DNA from: Octopus vulgaris
Lineage: Eukaryota
Length of the DNA: 64,000 bases
NCBI GenBank assembly: GCA_951406725.2
Contig: OX597814.1
Span: 2,232,001-2,296,000 of the forward strand
Direction: 5' to 3'
Shown here: piece by piece, positions 1-12,470 of the stretch
How the letters are laid out: the number at the start of each line of letters is the position of its first letter
Numbering within the stretch: position 1 is the stretch's first letter
Made by a program: the position numbers and the translations under genes
Notes under the pieces: generated by a model
The model's database searches: none
What the model saw: only the letters and a program-made list of their open reading frames with translations
What the model was told of the DNA's origin: nothing

Positions 1-248
1 CTCCTTGTAACACCAAAGATGAACTGAAGGCAAGGATCATGGTAGCATTCACCAACTTAAACAAGGAAACCATCCAGATGAGTTACAGGAGATTCCGAAG
101 GCATCTGGAGGCCGTGGTTGAAACCAATAGCGATTTTATTGAATAAATTTGTTCTTTAGTATTTCAAAATATTTTAAATGTAATTTTTTGTAAATATATC
201 TGTTAAAATGAGATGTCAGGGTTATTTTCATTACTCACCACACACTGT
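1..248 (+). mobile_element. 3' end of a Tc1/mariner-superfamily (maT/DD37D-like) DNA transposon
   Basis: Frame 3..146 reads PCNTKDELKARIMVAFTNLNKETIQMSYRRFRRHLEAVVETNSDFIE*, a typical maT transposase C-terminus; related fragments at 30.8-31.7 kb and 46.7-47.3 kb. Confidence 0.75.
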
Positions 249-319
249 GTTTAGCGTTTATCAAACAAGATTCTTGAGACCTTGTGTCATCCTAACTTTT
301 CAGCCCACTACTACAACTA

Positions 320-784
320 AGTACGTACGTGTGTATGTATGTATGTATGTATGTAAGTATGTATGTATGTATGTATGTATGTATGTATGTATGTATGTAT
401 GTATGTATGTATGTATGTATGTATGTATGTATGTATGAATGCATGTGTATAAATGTATGTGTATGTATGTATGTATGTATGTATGTATGCACGTACGTAC
501 GTACGTATGTATGTATGTATGTATGTATGTATGTATGTATGTACGTACGTACGTACGTACGTACGTATGTATGTATGTATGTATGTATGTATGTACGTAC
601 GTACGTACGTACGTATGTATGTATGTATGTATGTACGTACGTACGTACGTATGTATGTATGTATGTATGTATGTATAAATGTATGTATGTATGTATGTAT
701 GTATGTATGTACGTACGTACGTACGTATGTATGTATGTATGTATGTATGTATGTATGTATGTATGTATGTATGTATGTATGTAT
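320..784. repeat. (TATG)n microsatellite with interspersed (TACG)n blocks
   Basis: Directly visible; source of the MYVC/HTYI pseudo-ORFs. Confidence 0.97.
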
Positions 785-1182
785 GGGCGGAGGAACTCTT
801 GAGAGTCAACAGCCATCCAATAAATGCCTTAAGGCTGTATCATGCGCGGGGACATAGAAATAATTGGACTGAATACCCGATCGCGCGGTTAAACCATTGG
901 GAGGGAAGGACTTCTAGCCTTTGTTAGGGCATCCTTCTAGTAGAAGGTAACTCAGGTAACTGGGATAACTCCGACATAAAACCTGCGGCTCAGTGGTTAC
1001 CGATGATGTTGACTTGTTCTTCTTTTCGGATTATGGCTGTTGTTGCTTAGTGAGTGGGATTGACTCAGTGCACAGCCTTTCCTCACTTTAAAAAAAAAAT
1101 CTTCTTGCACAGGCATTGCACGATAACAACATTGATTAAGCTACGTGCAATGGCCATACTCGATAACGAGGGGGCAGCTACC
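785..1182 (+). mobile_element. Non-autonomous RTE-related retroelement embedded in (ATGT)n
   Basis: Last 36 nt match the RTE 3' end at 41016-41051 (25/36 ungapped) and both are followed by ATGT repeats; internal GGCATCCTTCTAGTAGAAGGTAACTC resembles RTE 5'UTRs; no ORF. Confidence 0.6.
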
Positions 1183-1269
1183 ATGTATGTATGCATGTAT
1201 GTATGTATGTATGTATGTATGTATGTATGTATGTATGTATGTATGTATGTATGTATGTATGTATAAATG

Positions 1270-1422
1270 AAGCAGAAAATGGAGAAAATTCTTGATCAAC
1301 AAGCAAATTAACTATCATCGATTATTATTTTTTAATACAGAACTTAAGTTTTGTATTTAAAAAGATTTAACCGATGGCAGTTAATTTTTTGGTTGATCAA
1401 AAGTTTTCTCCATTTTCTGCTT
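1270..1422. repeat. ~150-bp imperfect palindrome (fold-back)
   Basis: AAGCAGAAAATGGAGAAAA...AACTT|AAGTT...TTTTCTCCATTTTCTGCTT, centre at 1345/1346, no spacer. Confidence 0.9.
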
Positions 1423-2249
1423 ATATAAACTTGATTCCGGATAAATTGTTGTTTATTCTGTTACTACCTGTATCCTATGAGCACAGTGTGCTTGCATACC
1501 CATGCCCGGGGTTGAAATAGGTCATTTATACCGGTTGAAAGAACGTATATTCTTATACCTTATACGGTTATTCCAACCGCAAACTCTACTAACCTTATGT
1601 GTGTGTGTGTGTGTATGTGTGTGCGTGTGTGTGTGTATCTTGTTCTTACGCTCTCACCCTTTCCTTTCTCTGGAAATCCATTACAGATGTAAGGATCTTC
1701 CGGGGTACTCAGCCACATGTATGTATGTATGTAGGTATGAACGTATGTATGTACGTATGCATGTATGTATGCATGCATGCATGCATGTATGTATGAATGC
1801 TTGTATGTATGTATGTATGTATGTATGTAAGTATGTATGCATGTATGTATTCCTGTGTGTATATATGCATGCATGTATGTATGTTTATATGCATGTACGC
1901 ATGCATGTATGCATGTATGTATGCATCTATGTATGAATACATGTATGTATGTATGTATGCATGTAAGTATATATGTATGTATGTATGTATATATGCATGT
2001 ATGTATATGTGCATGCAAGTATGCATGTATGTATGTATGTGTGTGTGTGTGTATGTATGCATTTATGTAATTATATGAGTAAGGGAGTCGCGTGGCAATG
2101 GTGTGTGTGATGGCCGACGCCTGATTGCTTGTGTCGATGCCAGCCTAACCTCGTTTACCGCCATTGTGGTCAGAAGTTGTAACGACGGCAACAAGGTGAA
2201 GAACAACGACAACAGTATTACCAACAACTGTTACCATTCCTCTCCGTTA

Positions 2250-2602
2250 CAGCAACAACAACAGCAACAGCAACAACAATGCTACTTGCGCAATCACAAC
2301 AAACGATCACCACGACAACACAATTCTTTGTAACAATAAGCACAACTATTCCCATCCGTACAAGCACAGAAATCACACTCTCCCCCACCACCACAACCAC
2401 TACCACCACCACCACCACCAACATAAACGCCACCACTACCACCACCACCACCACCACCATAAACGCCACCACTACCACGACGATGATGACGGCAACGACC
2501 ACAACCACAACAACCACTGCCATCACCGCCACCACCACCATCACCATCACCATCACCACCACCATCACCACCACCACCAACACCACCAACACCACCAACA
2601 AT

Positions 2603-2634
<32 letters not shown>

Positions 2635-2905
2635 CAATACCATCAACAACAACAACAACAATACCAAACCACCAACACATCACCACCACCACCACCACCA
2701 CCATCACCACCACCAGCAACAACAACAATACCACCACCACCACCACCACCATCACGCCCAACATCACCACCAACACCACCAACAATACCACCACCACCAC
2801 CACAATCCCCACCATCCCCACCACCACCACCACCACCACCACCACCACCAATACCACCACCATCACTACCACCACCATCATCACCATCACCACCACCACC
2901 ACCAC
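2250..2905. repeat. Compound (AAC/ACC/ATC)n microsatellite
   Basis: Directly visible. Confidence 0.95.
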
Positions 2906-3491
2906 CTACCTTACCGCAAGCGGTATTTCCTCGCCGTGCAGCTGTTGTCTCCATGCATGAGGCTAAAATCCACACCCAAATCGACACCCCGCCATATATG
3001 ACCTCACCCCCTCTGTATCTATTTCGACATCACCCCCTCTAAAATATTTCATCAGCCGCACCAATACGCCTGATCGATGAAACATCTCACTTTGATTGAA
3101 AACATCCAATTCTTCTCTCTTCCCCTTTCAACACTCCTCCCCTTCACCTCTTCATGCTGTGACCCCCTATATTTGTATTCTCTCTCCCTAATGTCATTCA
3201 ATACTTTAGATTGTGTCAGCTGTCCCTCGCCCCCTCCCACACCACCACCACCTAGAAGAATCCACCCGTTTTACTCCAATTGCTATGAGATTTCAATAAA
3301 CAACAAACACCCTCTCCACCCACCCACCTACCCCTTACACATTCAAATACTGCGTTAGTTCAACTTTTATTCTGATTTCTTCCCCCCCCCACCATCACCA
3401 CCGCCGCTGCTGCTTCTGTACCGCTACTATTACTACTATCGATGTGTTGCTCCAGCTGGTGCTGCGGCTGATACTATTGATGATGATGATG

Positions 3492-3528
<37 letters not shown>

Positions 3529-3530
<2 letters not shown>

Positions 3531-4083
3531 GCCCTGATGCAGTACCAGGCAGTGGCTCTCATGGCTTCTGTTCTTAACTAATTGGAAGTGTTATCATGTA
3601 CATGTTTTGTCTTGGTATAAAAGATGGGCTACAGCAAATATTCTGCTCAATACCACAGATTTGCTTGTCAGTTGTTTGACCATAACTAGTTGAGCATGTC
3701 CCTTAGTGGCTGACGATATGTGCATCTCTGATCACGGGCAGAAGTAGTGGGGGAGCATCATAGCCATGTGTTGAGAGGGATTCTTTGGGGTCTGAATAGT
3801 TCACCTCTGGAAACATGGGTGTTTCGTTCAACATCCTTAAACAACCCTTATTCAGGGACCTTTTGAGCGGGATGGGTTACTCAACCATAAGAAAATTCTA
3901 ACTGGGCCCCACCTGCAAGGTCATGCGCTGTTTATCTTGATATGAGATCACCATGTCGTGCACATATGGTTGTGATGCATGTGCCTCGTGTACCCTTATC
4001 AGACGGGTAGTCATGATGGATAAACTGGACTTCGTAGATTTTACCCCAGTGTCACTTTGATGGCATGCTCTGCTCGCTCACTC
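3529..4083 (+). mobile_element. ~555-bp non-coding interspersed element ('element D') embedded in (AAT)n, copy 1
   Basis: Near-identical reverse-complement copies at 18365, 25040 and 56067; (AAT)n on both sides. Confidence 0.9.
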
Positions 4084-4503
<420 letters not shown>

Positions 4504-4665
4504 CCTTTCTAATATAGGCACAAGGCCTGAAGTTCTTTTCGGAGGGGATAAGTCACTTACATCGATACTAGTGGTTCACTGGTATTTAATTTTTCGACCC
4601 CGAAAATATGAAAGACGAAATCAACGTCAGCGAAATTTGAACTCAGAACGTAAAGACGGACGAAC
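4504..4665 (-). mobile_element. SINE A, short-tail variant (tRNA-derived, Meta-type core)
   Basis: Reverse complement has B-box GAGTTCAAAT, a degenerate TTTCAT..TTTCGGGGTCGA core and tail TTCAGGCCTTGTGCC. Confidence 0.8.
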
Positions 4666-4679
4666 TCGAATCGTAAAGA

Positions 4680-5570
4680 TGGAGTCTCCTTGTCCCCATT
4701 AATGTTCATCTTATGTTTGTTGCCCCTCAATTTAGTATTAAGGAAGACAAAGACAGTTATAAAATAGTAAGGGAAAAATTACCATTTGCTCTACATGGAT
4801 GATCTGAAGCTTTTTAGTAAGAATGAAAAAGAGATAGATCCTTTAATACAGAATATAAGAGACTTCAGCAAATATATAGGCATGTAATTTGGCATAAATA
4901 AGGGTGCAATATTAGTTATGAGAAGGGGACAGGTAGTCAACAGTGAAGGCATCCAGTTATCCGATGGCCAGATATTAAAATCATTGAAGGGAGGAGAGAG
5001 TTAGAAAGGAGGAAAGGAGTATTAGAATCTGACAGAGTATTAACAACAGAAATGAAAACGAAAATTGAGAAGGGTGAGGAAGCTAATGAAGTCAAAGCTA
5101 ACTGCTCTGAATCTAGTGAAGTTTATAAATACTCGGGCAGTATCATTAGTTAGATACTCAGCAGCTTTTGTAGAATGGACAAAAACTGAATTAGCAAAGC
5201 TAGACAGAAGAACTAAGGAGGAATTCAACATGAATGAAGAATTCCACCAAAGGACAGGAGTAGCAAGAGTATACCTACCTAGAAAGTAAGGTGGAAGATG
5301 GCTAATATGAGTAGAAAACTGGTTAGGAGTAGCTTGAGTAGATACGGACTCCTATGCAGGTAATATGAAGGAAGTTTATTAAGAGCTGCAAGATATAGGA
5401 AAACCGAAAAACGAAACTAAGTTAAAAACCAGGCAAAAGCACAAAAGTTATCTGACTGATATGAGAAGGCTTTACATGATAGATTTCAAAGGATAGTCGC
5501 AGCAAACAGTAATGGTGAGAATGGTTATGGTTGCAGAAAAGAAGGCTGAAAAGGGATAAGTCGACTATAT
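4680..5570 (+). pseudogene. Degenerate R4/Dong-clade non-LTR retrotransposon, RT fragment
   Basis: SLSPLMFILCL, HLLYMDDLKLFSKNEKE, RVRKLMKSKL..NLVKFINTRAVSLVRYS, VARVYLPRK*GGR; contains stops and frameshifts. Confidence 0.85.
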
Positions 5571-6329
5571 CACCCACACCCCAGAAAATGAAAGGCAAAA
5601 TGGACCTAAGGAGCATTTGAACTTAGAATGTAAAGCCGGAATAAGTGCTGTTGAGCATTTTGTCCGGTGTGCTAAGGATTCTGCAATCTCCCACCGTAAT
5701 GGTTTCTAATATTGGCACAACTTTGAGGGGAGGGTTTAGCAGATGCCATCGGCGCAACTGCTTCACTGGTGCATTGATTTATGGACTCTGCTGGATGAAA
5801 GCGAAGGTTAAGCTGTGAGGGATTTGACAGCAGATCATTAACAGAAGACATTTCACTGTCACGCTTGAATGATTCCACCTGCTCGTTACACTAATAAGAA
5901 TAACTTGTACTATCATAATCCTTGCTATTACCATTAGAACTTTTCAAATTTCGGCACAAAGCCAGCAAATATGAGGTGTGAGGAAGTCGATTACATCGAC
6001 CCCAGTGTTCAAAAGGCGCTTATTTTTATCGACCGAAAAGGTTAGAAGGCAAAGTCGATCAATCGAGATACCTAGAATTCCCGTGTAAGTGACCGAGTAT
6101 TCCACAGACGCGTATAGCCTTAACCTAACTCCTTTGGCTCTATCTCTTAAATCACAACTATAATACACCCGACTTATCTCTCTATGTAGCTTGTCTCTAC
6201 CAAGTTTCAGTTATTCGAGATTACAGGAAATGCTATTTGGCCAACAGGCTAGGCCATGATATCCAACCTGGTACTTCATGGATGCGAAGCAATTTTGTAC
6301 CTATAAAGAAAATACAATACGAAGTTACA

Positions 6330-8624
6330 AAAAATGGTAAGATATACCTTTATTGATGAAAGGAATGGAAGTAAATTAAAAGAATTTAATATCAATAAAA
6401 GAAAGTAAGACATTCTGAAAGACTAATGACTAAAGACTAAACAAATCCTGTCAGTCTTAATATGAAGGTTATGACACTTCGTAAAATGTAATTCTTTCAG
6501 GTATTCGAATAAAACACGAAAACATTCAGCAAAGAAATATAACACTGAACGTCTTATCATTGTGAATATAATTCCAAGAAAGCAGGATTGAATTTTGAGG
6601 TAGAAAAGTTTGAATAGAACAAAAGTAAGTAGAATGGTTTAGAAGAGAAAACAGCAAGGACAATGATCCATTACTAACGAGGAACTCATCAATAATCGAA
6701 TCGTTTGGTTTGAAGAAATACTCGATATTTTATCCATGGGGTGTGTGGTGGCAGCACCCACTGATCTAACAAGTATATTAAAACCGACAGCTGTCTGGAT
6801 ACAGAAAGGGAAAAAAAAACGCATCAATCCCTGCCACACTGATTCCGCAACGTTATAGGTTGATAATATGATTGCAAACAGAGTAAGGCGGATTTACAGA
6901 CTGGTTATTCACCTGGAGAGCAATGACATATGAGAGACTGAAAAGATAGAAGGAAGAAAGATATGACCGCAAAGAGTAGCTAATGGTGAATCGAGATGTA
7001 ATGGAGGACAGCAATAAAGGAAAACACAGCTTTGCGTAATCTGTATTGATCACCGAAAACATTCGACAATAAACACATTCTTGGATAATATTTGGAAAAC
7101 ACTATATAAATAAACAGACCCCAAACTAGCAAAATTCATGACCCATGCCGTGTCACAAAAGGAATCAACGTCGCCATTACAAGCTAGGCAAAGATAAAAC
7201 TCGCCTTCTACATATCAGAAGATAAATCTGTCAAAGAGGCGCATTATCCCGTTTACTGTGTTGCCTAGTCTTAGTTCCATTAAAGAATCTGTTGAAGGAA
7301 CCCGCCAAGAAATACTGGTGCTTGGGATAAACTATATCCTTTGTAGGAATTACATGAAAACTGGTTAATATTTTTCAAATAATATCCTGATGGGAAAAAC
7401 CTACTAAAAATCGGTTTTAAATTTAATCCTAAAAAGATTCAAAATTAGTGTGAAATAAAATATGTGCACCAAATCTACATTAAGAAGAGGGAAATTAATG
7501 AAAACTGGGGATATCAATTTAGATAGAGACACTGCAATCAGAGAATTAGACCAGAGCCAGAATATATAAACACTTTGGAATAAATGGAAGTGATAAAATA
7601 TAACGCAGAGAAATTAAAGAGAAAATTACGAGAGAGAAGCACAAAAGAATCAAGTTAATATGGAAAGCTTAACTCAATGCTAGGAATATGATAGAATATG
7701 ATATAAATAACCATCACAGATATAAACTACAGCTTTGACGTAATAAAATAGAAGTTAACGGAACGAACTGAATCAGAAAAATAAGGCAACTGCTGAAAGC
7801 ATTTTGAATTTTCCAGCGCAAAAGTGATACAGCTCCTAACTATATACTGTATTAACGAATGTATAGTGCTATTGTCTTTGATATCGTTACTAATTATTTA
7901 TTAACGTGATTTCTATACTTCGAACGTTTTCTTGCATTGTGTGGATTACCTAATTAATCTGTATTTAATTAAAATTCTTGGAGTCTATTTCTAATGAATG
8001 CAATAATCGGCGCATCATCTGTACGCCCCGTGATTAAGTTAATGTCGCTTTTGGAGTTGCGTGGTTTTTATCTGCTTGTTTATGGTCAGCACTACTTTAA
8101 CTGCTTCACGGTTTACGGTTGCCGTTTGGACTTTTGTAGTGTGGTCACCTCAAGATACCCTGAGACAGCTGACCTCTGAAGATTTGGACTCGTTGTTTTC
8201 AGCTAATAAAAAGTGGTTGAAGCTCTTGGTTATAAAAAATTTTTAGCCCTTTCTATCTGGCGCTAGCACCTTAATTCAACGTGTTAAACAAAACTGGACA
8301 CGGATACAAATACTATGGTAGAACAATCGACAACGTTTTCTATATGGACGATCTCAAATTATACGCTGTAGGTAATAAACAACTACAAAACACTGCTAAA
8401 GACAGTACAAGGATTAATTGAAAAACTATTATAAAATATTCTGTTGTGTCTGGGGAGAGTCATTTTCTTTTTGTGCCTTATAATGTAACACACATTTCCA
8501 CTTATTTCTTATTTTTATTTCCCTAAAATTTTCGTTGCGTCTTGCAATCTTTTTCAATAGTTTTGACTCTGTTCGTTATTTACACTGCGTTTCCTTTTGT
8601 TTGTTTGAGCGCATGTGTGTGGGT

Positions 8625-8669
<45 letters not shown>

Positions 8670-9185
8670 CATGTTTGCATGTGTATGTATGTATATATGT
8701 GTTTGTATGCATATGTATATATAGGTTGCAAAGATAATCTTATAAAGGACAAAAGAATTCATCCAAAACAGCTAAACAGCCATGAACCTAACAATTACTT
8801 TTCCGTCATCAAAGAATCGAGTATTTAAAAAGAAAAAGATTTTGATGTAACAAAAAAGCTGTGAGCAGAAATGAGAAACAACGAAAGAATCTAATGAAAA
8901 TCTAAATAATAAAATGTAGGCTGGTTTTCAAAATGTCATATTTACAAGAAGAGAAGAAAAAGCTCATGGGAAGCCACAATCTCACAATACTCAACGAAGT
9001 AGAAGTGGATCGAGAAAGACCTCACCATTGTTTGAGGAACTGAAAACCTGGGATACTTTCAATGCAGCACAAAATAAAACTTTTCCCACAAAAACGATAA
9101 AAACAAATCTGCGTAAATTATGTGATGAAACTGAAAACATACAAAGAATCAATAACGATATTTTTGCCCTATCTTAGTGAAAAAG
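6330..9185 (+). pseudogene. Highly decayed R4/Dong-type LINE fragments with later insertions
   Basis: A-rich decayed coding sequence; FYMDDLKLYA-like motif at ~8337-8367; interrupted by unrelated DNA at ~7840-8240 and ~8440-8720. Confidence 0.55.
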
Positions 9186-9187
9186 GA

Positions 9188-9632
<445 letters not shown>

Positions 9633-9933
9633 TTTACATATATGCATATATACCTATACATAGATACACATAAATACACACACACACACACACAGACATA
9701 CAGACACACACTTTGTATACATACACAGGTGTTCTCCTATCTATTACATGAGAGATTATCATTTCATCACAATACGAAGCAAGATTATAAATATGAAATT
9801 GAAATTAAAGAATCATAAGGAAAAAGATTCCAAATGAATTCACCTATTTAATTTTTGTTTGCTTAATGTTTCCATTATGACTGAAATATTTCATATTTCC
9901 ATTCCTTTGGGTTTCACGTTCCCGATTTTTCAG

Positions 9934-9960
9934 GCGGGAAGCCGTTGACTGCACAAATCG
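9934..9960 (+). CDS. Candidate 27-nt microexon of an unknown host gene
   Basis: cccgatttttcag|GCGGGAAGCCGTTGACTGCACAAATCG|gtaagt; length 3n; two open phases (GKPLTAQI or REAVDCTN). Confidence 0.35.
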
Positions 9961-10119
9961 GTAAGTAGTAATGATGGATATTAAAAATTGCACGATCGTT
10001 GTGTGTAGAGGTTGATTGTTAGTCTTACGTTCTGGGTCGGATTCTTCAGTCACTGTACTTGACCTTCCTCCGAATGAAATTTTACAAAGAACGTACCAAC
10101 ATTTCAGTGCGACCAATTA

Positions 10120-10484
10120 TGGAAGCACTCCGTCGGTTACGACGACGAGGGTTCCGGTTGATCCGAATCAACGGAACAGCCTGCTCGTGAATTTAACGTG
10201 TAAGTGGCTGAGCACTCCACAGACACGTGTATCCTTAACGTAGTTCTCGGGGATATTCAGTGTGACACAGAGAGTGACAAGGCCGGCCCTTTGAAATACA
10301 GGTACAACAGAAACAGGAAGTAAGAGTGAGAGAAAGTTGTGGTGAAAGAGTACAGCAGGGATCACCACCATCCCCTGCCGGAGCTTCGTGGAGCTTTAGG
10401 TGTTTTCGCTCAGTAAACACTCACAACGCCCGGTCTGGGAATCGAAACCGCGATCCTATGACCGCGAGTCCGCTGCCCTAACCA
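10120..10484 (-). mobile_element. SINE B (tRNA-Arg-like head), slightly 5'-truncated, 15-bp TSD
   Basis: TSD CAGTGCGACCAATTA at 10105-10119 and 10485-10499; B-box GTTTCGATTCC; further copies at 36.3, 58.3 and 59.1 kb. Confidence 0.92.
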
Positions 10485-10865
10485 CAGTGCGACCAATTAA
10501 ATTGCCGATTAATATATTCTACCAATCCCCGATATTTGTCCAAGAGTAGAAATGAATTTCATTAAAGCTACAAAAAGATTGTAACAGAAACATTTAACGT
10601 TTGGAGAAAAAATCTGTCAGAAATAGTAGCTAAACCTCCCCCATTTCACACTAACTGTACGACTAGCAGGAAAACACAGTGGATAATGTAGTCCTAGATG
10701 TACCAGGGATATTTTTAAAGGTTGTCTACTTGTGATTGAATTGCCGTTTATCATTTTCTGGACAAAGATTGATGTCGGCTAAAAAGGACATGAAAATATG
10801 GTTGTATAGAATAAAATGGACAGGAGGGAAATAAAGCATGTATACAATACGTAGAAAGAAATACC

Positions 10866-11048
10866 TACTTCTTTACTGCCCACAAGGGGCTACATATGGA
10901 GGGGACAAACAAGGACAGACAAACGGATTAAGTCGATTATATCGACCCCAGTGCATAACTGGTACTTATTTAATCGATCCCGAAAGGATAAAAGGCAAAT
11001 TCGACCTCGGCAGAATTTGAACTCAGAATGCAGCGGCGGGCGAATTAC
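10866..11048 (-). mobile_element. Headless unit-length monomer of SINE A with 16-bp TSD
   Basis: TSD CGTAGAAAGAAATACC at 10850-10865 and 11049-11064; insert equals one concatemer unit. Confidence 0.88.
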
Positions 11049-11339
11049 CGTAGAAAGAAATACCGCGGCCCACGATTATTTGGTGACATCTTATATCAAG
11101 AGTAAGTGGGATTACTGGAGCAAAAGTGATGGTGTACAAGGTATATTTAGAGTAATGGGTTTGTCCTAGGCTTTTACAATTGCCCATGTGTTGTAGGTTT
11201 GATCGATTATACAGGATCTAAAGCCGTACAACCATCGATTTGTATCTTATACACCCACTCGTCATTCTGTACGGTTTGTATTTCAGATTTTATGTAGAAA
11301 AAAAAATATGCAACTCTGACCAGGCACTTCATTCCTCCA

Positions 11340-11378
11340 TCTATCTCTCTTTTCTCTTTCTTTCTCTCTTCCTTTCTC

Positions 11379-11426
<48 letters not shown>

Positions 11427-11569
11427 TCCGTCTTCCTTCTTTTCTTCCTTTCTTCCTTCCTTCCATCCTTCCTTCCTTCCTTCTTTTCTTTCTTTCATTT
11501 TTTCTTTCCTTCCGTCTTTCTTTCTGTCTTTCTTTCTTTCTTTCCCTTTGTCTTTCTTTCTTCCTTTTT

Positions 11570-11603
<34 letters not shown>

Positions 11604-12052
11604 TTTCTTTCTTTCTTTCTTTCTTTCTTTTTTTCTCTCTTTCACCTCATTCTCTCTAGCTATCTCTCTCTCGCTCTCTCTTGATTGTGTTATAAAACTG
11701 TTAACAATAACAACAACAGTGCCAATAGCAACAACAATGATAACGATAACAACAACAACAACAGAACCAAGTGCTCCGACGACATCATCAATATCATCTG
11801 CAACATCAGGTCTCTTTTCCCTTTCTAACCCGCGGAAACTCCACCGATTCCCTCAACATAACACCGGCAATGTTGTAATATTTAATTATTTTAATAATTA
11901 TTACACATATTACACTCTTTAACATATATCATTAAAGATTATTATTATTATCATTAATATTATCATTATTATTATTATTATTATCATTATTATCATTATT
12001 ATTATTATCATCATTATTATTATTATCATCATCATCATTATTATCATCATCA

Positions 12053-12104
<52 letters not shown>

Positions 12105-12133
12105 TATTATTATTATTATTATTATTATTATCA

Positions 12134-12179
<46 letters not shown>

Positions 12180-12181
12180 CA

Positions 12182-12221
<40 letters not shown>

Positions 12222-12223
12222 CA

Positions 12224-12266
<43 letters not shown>

Positions 12267-12337
12267 TATTATTATTATTATTATTGTTGTTGTTGTTGTT
12301 GTTATTATTATTATTGTTGTTGTTGTTATTGTTATTA

Positions 12338-12379
<42 letters not shown>

Positions 12380-12470
12380 GTAGTAGTAGTAGTAGTAGTA
12401 GTAGTAATAGTAGTAGTAGCAGTAGTAGCAGCAGCAGCAGAAGCAGCGAGGGCGGTGGCGGTAGTAGCAA
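11340..12470. repeat. (TTTC)n, (AAC)n and (ATT/ATC/GTT/AGT)n microsatellite block
   Basis: Directly visible. Confidence 0.95.

Noticed and set aside
2915-2962. 48-nt minus-strand AG...GTAAGG exon candidate
   Set aside because: Weak polypyrimidine tract and no recognisable peptide; such matches are expected by chance.
208-3001. Long ORFs such as MYVC/HTYI repeats and poly-T/H/V (also poly-I/N/Y/M/L ORFs throughout the window)
   Set aside because: They are translations of microsatellites, open in several frames on both strands, with no domain content.
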